Shown: positions 59,145 through 64,000 of the stretch, one piece after another | How positions within the stretch are numbered: the stretch's first letter is position 1 | Layout of the letters: each line of letters begins with the position of its first letter | IMG/VR virus record: IMGVR_UViG_3300030419_008098 | Coordinates: 32,745 to 96,744 of that record | Direction: 5' to 3' (one strand) | DNA length: 64,000 bases | Source of the DNA: a virus | Made by a program: the position numbers and the translations under genes | The notes under the pieces: generated by a model | Told to the model about the DNA's origin: nothing | Databases searched by the model: none | Seen by the model: the letters and a program-made list of their open reading frames with translations, nothing else

Positions 59145-60015
59145 TTCTCACTATGAAAAACTTTACCATCTCTTTAGGGATTCTTTATTAAGTTTAAAAG
59201 AGGGATTTGAGTTAAAGTCTCTCAAAACAGAAGAAGACTTTCCCTATTTAGACACGGGATATACCATGCAGCATGGTAAGTATAAAATCCAATTTATAAT
59301 TAACGCAATCAAGGAGAACCTAGGAGAGTCGATTGTATTTTGCGATGTAGATATTAAATTTTTTAACCCCTTTAAACTTTCACTTCAAAAAGTTTTAAAA
59401 AGGGTCGACGTAGCTTTTCAGGCCCAATATTCAGAACGACGCCCTAGGCGCCCCGGCTTGCCCCCTTTTGATCTTAACGGCGGTTTTATGGCTATTAACT
59501 GCAACCCCACCACTTTGGAGTTTTTTAAAAATGTACTTAAAGTAAATGACGCTAAAACCATTATAGAAAAAGCGTTATTTGTGAATTTACATTTAGTTAA
59601 ACACGAACTTCTCAGTATTAAATTTGCCAGCCTAACTAACGGAGGGGTAGGAGAGTACCACGATCAAATTTATCTCCTTCATGCCAATGTTCACGATGCC
59701 AGCCCTCGGTTAATTAAAAAAATGAATCGAGTAATGAAACGCACTAAAGAAAGCTTAAATGGCAATCGACCTCTCAGCGACAAACGAACTCAACGCCAAA
59801 TAGAACTACAAGGAAACAAAAAGGTGATTGAACAATTTGTAAAAAATGATTGTAAAAATTACAAAAACCAAGAGATAGGGGTGGATTGCGATGACTTCTG
59901 GGTAAAATACAACCAAGAACTCAACGGCCCCGGATGCCGAGGGTGCTTTCAGCGTAAAGTTATAAAAAAATATGCGGATTTAGCTCGCGCTTATTTACTT
60001 ACTCAAAAGGCTTAA
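59122..60015 (+). CDS. Nucleotide-diphospho-sugar transferase (GT77-like) with C-terminal 4-Cys domain
   Basis: DVD, NGGFM, LHAN; tail C-x11-C..GCRGC..KKY. Confidence 0.75.
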   Translation: MKVYCFYNSHYEKLYHLFRDSLLSLKEGFELKSLKTEEDFPYLDTGYTMQHGKYKIQFIINAIKENLGESIVFCDVDIKFFNPFKLSLQKVLKRVDVAFQAQYSERRPRRPGLPPFDLNGGFMAINCNPTTLEFFKNVLKVNDAKTIIEKALFVNLHLVKHELLSIKFASLTNGGVGEYHDQIYLLHANVHDASPRLIKKMNRVMKRTKESLNGNRPLSDKRTQRQIELQGNKKVIEQFVKNDCKNYKNQEIGVDCDDFWVKYNQELNGPGCRGCFQRKVIKKYADLARAYLLTQKA

Positions 60016-63000
60016 ATAGTACCCACCCCGAGCTAAGGACTCCGTCTTCGCATAAGGTAATTAATTTTTTCTCATACCCCTGTAATCCCGTATATTTTAC
60101 ATGCAAAATACTGGGGCCATCTGGATTGGATAGAGCGTCGTAAGGGGTATCGTCGGCCACAATTTCAATTCCTCCAGACCCCTTAATAACAACTTCGTCA
60201 CCACATCCCGTGGCATCTAAAGAGGGAATACTCAAACGGTGTTCGGCCCAAATTTTATTCCACGATTCCCGGCAAACCGACCCTGTCGCCACATCTTGCC
60301 CGCTAATCTTTAAACTGGTTCCGAAACTTGCTTCGTCTCCATAAATCGTACCCCCACTTATAGTTAACCCAGTTATATCTGTAGCCCGAACATTAGTTGC
60401 ATTTAAAGTGGCCGTGCTATGGGTCCACGTAAAGGTAGAGGATCCCCCAAAACTGCCGTTATCATTATATTGTACATAAGTATTGGATCCCCCAGGACTG
60501 GCTCCACCCCCTCCGCCACCAGTTTCTCCGGTATACCCCACCCAGAGAGCACCACCTTCAACTTTAGTTTGAATACCACTAATCCCCGAAATTCCCAAAG
60601 AATCACAACCGCTGGCTTCCAAGGTTCCATCATCTGAGGTGATTTCTGAAAAAGCATTTTCACAACCACTCCCGCTTCCACCCACACTGCCAGTAAAACT
60701 AATGCGGATATCAGGGCCCGAAGGAGTTCCGGAAACTATGGTCTCAATACCCTCCCCTCCATACACATGTAAAGTAGTGCATCCAGTGGGAAACCCCATA
60801 CCTTTATCCGCGAGAAGAGCCACAAAAGTATCCTTGGCACAACCCGTGTACCCTATCCGCAATGCGTCATCTACAATGGAAACATTTATTCCAGAATGCC
60901 CCGTAACAGTTAATGTATCGCACCCGGAAGCACTCAATAGCTCGCCACCAGCACTTACTTTCGAAAAGGCAGTCTCACAACCAGTGGCGGAACAGGTTCC
61001 TTTGCAAATTTCTAAAGACGACGCACTAACTCCAGTATAATCAGGTACCGTAGAACCCGCATTAAAGAATTGATCCCATTCACTGATGCCGGCGTCCTGG
61101 TCGGAATTGTTACCGGAAAAAAAGTAAATTTCGGTCCCTGCCCCAAAAGGCCAAAGTGCAGTATTGTCCGTATCCCAAGTCGTAATATCGGATAAAGTAG
61201 CGTCAATTGATACCGTTTCCCCGTTTTTATTTATCATTGAGATGCAAGCCAAATCCCCGCTACCCCAAGTTCCCTCTACCGCGTTACCAGACAAAGTTAT
61301 TTTAGCATTTCCCTCTATAAAACCTATATTGGAACCGGGGTACGCATCCGGATCGGACCCGGTATAAGTAAGATAGCTATTGCAGTCTTGGGCGTCATCG
61401 GTGTACGAAAAGACAACTTGTCCATTATCGTCAACTGTAATATTCAGCCCTCCGGATCCTGATAAAATTAAATGATCGTCACACCCCTGAGCTTCTATTG
61501 AATGCGTATTGGTGGTAATTCTTCCCCATGCAGCCCCACAACCACTTCCATCGGCCCCACCCCCGGTGGTGCCCGTATAGGCTATCCATAAAGCCCCACC
61601 TGAAACCATGGTGTGAATACCACTAATCCCCGAAATTCCCAAAGAATCACACCCTATAGCTACCAACTCTCCGTCATCCGAGGTGATTCCTGAAAAAGCG
61701 TTTTCGCAACCTCCTCCCCCGCCAGGATGAGAAATAACCAAATCATCTCCGACCCAGGCAGTAGTAACACTTCCCGCTCCTATAATATTAAAACTATCAT
61801 CGCAGCCATAAGCCGTATGCGGAGTGTTGCTCTGGTCATAAACCGTTCTAAATACATTCTCACAACCACTAGTCGTGATTGAGCCTGTAATCCCGGTATA
61901 ACAAATTTCTACTACGGGAGTCGCCCCGGCGGTGTTTAAACTTACATCAATTCCACTACAACCAGTAAAAAGCAACGTATTAGAACACCCCGACGCAGCC
62001 ACCGTGTTGCCCGAAACACCAAATTTATTAAAAACATCCGAACAGCCAGACCCAGTGGCTGCACCCCCCGTAAGACCAGTATAGCAAATTTCTATCACCG
62101 GATACGGCACGCCGTTGGACTCTTCTCGTAAATTTACATCAATTCCGCTACACCCACTAAAAAACAACGCACCCGAACACCCCGACGCAGCCACCCAATG
62201 GGATGTACCTTCGCCTGTAACACCAAATTTATTAAATACATCCGGGCAACCTCCGGATTCGGATCCTGAAACGGTTTCCGAACCACAAGTAGCATTCAAG
62301 GGTAATACGCCCTCCTCCCCAATCCATTGCATAGTCTCCCCATCTGCACCAATGCTGTCATTAAAATATAAAACAGGATCAGTGGCTAAAGTATAGAAGT
62401 ACCCCGAAATCGACCTATCTTTTCCTGTGTTAGATTCATGATCTTGGCTAGCGGACTCACAAATGCAATTAAATAAAGGATGTTTGGAATCAATACAAAG
62501 GGGGATTTTCTGCAGTCGGAGGGGCGCCCCTTTTATAGGTCTTACAGCTTCAGCTAAAGGAATGCCTCTTGATCCTTGCGCTTCACCCGGAGCCTCGTCG
62601 CCGTAATCTTCTGCATTTTCTTTACCCCAATAAGTATAATCACGATCCGTTTGGGGGTAGCCTCCTAAAAACTTTATTTTTTTAGACCCATCGCATCCCG
62701 AAAATCCGGACCAATGCTCTTTTAAATCTATATCTTTTTCGGCTCCGTTAAAGGTGGCTGCAGCACGATAATTGGCGTTTTGATCCATTTGCACTCCCCC
62801 TAATGGCATCGGATCTCCAAATGGCTTAACAGGCGCCCCTGCAATTAACCATTTTCCTGCTCCCCTTTCCCATCCTGAAATCCCTGTCCCCCACTGCGAA
62901 TTAAAGTCCTCAACAGCCCCGGACCCTACATAATTTTCGGCAAATTTCCACACCTTATCGACAGTATCCCATTCGAGAGGAACTGTTCTATTATATGTAT

Positions 63001-63394
63001 ATAAATCTAAACTATTAAAATCCAGCAACAAAGGAGTTTCCGGATTAGGTTCGGCAGGAGCTTGAGTGGGAATACCTTGACCACCCCACCCTTTCACGGG
63101 AGACACCCGCACCTGATAATGTTTTAGGGGAACTGGCATAGGAGAGCCAGTGGTGTCATATATATCGGGCCAGGGTGCGCCTAACGAAAGACTGGGGGTT
63201 AAGGCATCTACGCCAAAGGCGGACCACTCCTTCCAGCCTGCCCTACCCACGCTGCCCCCCGCACTATACTGATAGGCGGCCATGTCCGAATTATTTAATG
63301 AAGGATTTCCATACAAGCCATAAGATTCACTTTGTGACTTGCACTGAAACCAGTCAAGGTAAGCATAATCATTTGGACCGCTAAGAAAACTCAT
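59999..63394 (-). CDS. Long tail-fibre-like protein with nine Cys-pair repeats
   Basis: Repeat GCxxxF..xGCxxL..xGxxGI..YTG; fibre motif PGGSNTYVQYNDNGSFGG. Confidence 0.8.
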   Translation of the reverse strand: MSFLSGPNDYAYLDWFQCKSQSESYGLYGNPSLNNSDMAAYQYSAGGSVGRAGWKEWSAFGVDALTPSLSLGAPWPDIYDTTGSPMPVPLKHYQVRVSPVKGWGGQGIPTQAPAEPNPETPLLLDFNSLDLYTYNRTVPLEWDTVDKVWKFAENYVGSGAVEDFNSQWGTGISGWERGAGKWLIAGAPVKPFGDPMPLGGVQMDQNANYRAAATFNGAEKDIDLKEHWSGFSGCDGSKKIKFLGGYPQTDRDYTYWGKENAEDYGDEAPGEAQGSRGIPLAEAVRPIKGAPLRLQKIPLCIDSKHPLFNCICESASQDHESNTGKDRSISGYFYTLATDPVLYFNDSIGADGETMQWIGEEGVLPLNATCGSETVSGSESGGCPDVFNKFGVTGEGTSHWVAASGCSGALFFSGCSGIDVNLREESNGVPYPVIEICYTGLTGGAATGSGCSDVFNKFGVSGNTVAASGCSNTLLFTGCSGIDVSLNTAGATPVVEICYTGITGSITTSGCENVFRTVYDQSNTPHTAYGCDDSFNIIGAGSVTTAWVGDDLVISHPGGGGGCENAFSGITSDDGELVAIGCDSLGISGISGIHTMVSGGALWIAYTGTTGGGADGSGCGAAWGRITTNTHSIEAQGCDDHLILSGSGGLNITVDDNGQVVFSYTDDAQDCNSYLTYTGSDPDAYPGSNIGFIEGNAKITLSGNAVEGTWGSGDLACISMINKNGETVSIDATLSDITTWDTDNTALWPFGAGTEIYFFSGNNSDQDAGISEWDQFFNAGSTVPDYTGVSASSLEICKGTCSATGCETAFSKVSAGGELLSASGCDTLTVTGHSGINVSIVDDALRIGYTGCAKDTFVALLADKGMGFPTGCTTLHVYGGEGIETIVSGTPSGPDIRISFTGSVGGSGSGCENAFSEITSDDGTLEASGCDSLGISGISGIQTKVEGGALWVGYTGETGGGGGGASPGGSNTYVQYNDNGSFGGSSTFTWTHSTATLNATNVRATDITGLTISGGTIYGDEASFGTSLKISGQDVATGSVCRESWNKIWAEHRLSIPSLDATGCGDEVVIKGSGGIEIVADDTPYDALSNPDGPSILHVKYTGLQGYEKKLITLCEDGVLSSGWVLFKPFE
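60570..60607. repeat. Exact 38-bp direct repeat, copy 1 (core of a longer intragenic duplication)
   Basis: tgaataccactaatccccgaaattcccaaagaatcaca is identical at 61614-61651. Confidence 0.9.
61614..61651. repeat. Exact 38-bp direct repeat, copy 2
   Basis: Identical to 60570-60607; flanks remain similar. Confidence 0.9.
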
Positions 63395-63437
63395 GAGTAG
63401 AAAAATTTAAAATTTACATTATAATAATTACACTATT

Positions 63438-63656
63438 ATGGACGATGATTTTTTAATAGATATGTTTTTTCGCCACGGCTGTACTGGTCCTGACGGCAGC
63501 AAGCTCCCATTGAGAAATTGTGAAAAAATTCATAAATTATATAGAGATGAAGTGGATGGAACATTTTGTAGTGGTTGCGCCATTAGAGCTATTAAAAAAA
63601 AATATGCCCAGCGTTTGAGGATTTTCCTGCAAAAAGACCGAGAGCTTAAATCGTGA
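63438..63656 (+). CDS. Small 4-Cys (CxxC) protein resembling the C-terminus of 59122-60015
   Basis: C-x12-C..Y..E..CSGC..R..KKY; TAGAAA-N16-TATAAT upstream. Confidence 0.7.
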   Translation: MDDDFLIDMFFRHGCTGPDGSKLPLRNCEKIHKLYRDEVDGTFCSGCAIRAIKKKYAQRLRIFLQKDRELKS

Positions 63657-64000
63657 CCTCCCCGGTTTTTCCATAAAAAGTGGCAGTAACGCTTCGCAAA
63701 GGCAACCCCTCTAGCAAAAAAGAATTTATGGCACCAGTAGTTCGGGTGCAATTCGTATTAGTAAGGACACCATTAACAAAATACGTATGATAATCCGGGA
63801 AAACAGTACCGCTTATCTCCACGGCGGAATTTTTATAACTAAAAAAATAATTATTTTCTTCACCCTCTGAAAAATACTGTAATCTTAGTGGGGTTATGCC
63901 GGTTTCATAATCGGCATTAATAATATTATCATATGCATTCTGCGAGAATGTTGTCGTACCGGCACGGATCATGCCAGTTTCTTCGTCATAGTCTTCTTCT
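63646..64000 (-). CDS. 3' end of a probable virion protein, partial
   Basis: Frame stays open past the track ATG to the window end (EEDYDEETGMIR...). Confidence 0.6.
   Translation of the reverse strand, partial: EEDYDEETGMIRAGTTTFSQNAYDNIINADYETGITPLRLQYFSEGEENNYFFSYKNSAVEISGTVFPDYHTYFVNGVLTNTNCTRTTGAINSFLLEGLPLRSVTATFYGKTGEVTI

Noticed and set aside
60520-61715. Repeat pair in the fibre gene as a DGR template/variable region
   Set aside because: Differences are not restricted to adenines on one strand, both copies are in-frame coding repeats, and no reverse transcriptase is present in the window

Overview
This window is part of a large dsDNA bacteriophage genome. It is gene-dense, uses the standard code, has many overlapping start/stop codons and shows no rRNA or CRISPR. 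Left part (1-17.2 kb, minus strand): a membrane VWA-like protein, Hsp20, Nudix, a replication/recombination block (PD-(D/E)XK nuclease, DnaG-like primase, DnaB, DUF559-like nuclease, RecA), a complete tmRNA with an unusually basic tag peptide, and a ribonucleotide reductase whose small subunit has the class Ic (R2c, Mn/Fe, no radical tyrosine) signature. Most of 17.4-60 kb is a very large glycan-building system. It has nucleotide-sugar enzymes (Gmd, GME-like epimerase, NDP-sugar dehydrogenase, an SDR-cupin-C-methyltransferase fusion), NadE, about 20 glycosyltransferase-like genes (GT2, GT4, GT9, GT11, GT47, GT61, GT77-like, GT-D), three sulfotransferases and four methyltransferases. A plus-strand block (dUTPase, dNMP kinase, sigma factor, DUF3127) interrupts it. 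From 50 kb there are virion/fibre-type genes rich in (S/T)-G dipeptides, and from 57 kb a cluster of Cys-rich and CxxC proteins. The main hypothesis is a phage-encoded machinery that builds a sulfated, methylated, deoxysugar-containing glycan coat on S/T-G sites of virion proteins, possibly alongside a phage thiol/disulfide module. Three promoter-like motif classes are visible. All family calls come from motif recognition by eye; no searches were run.
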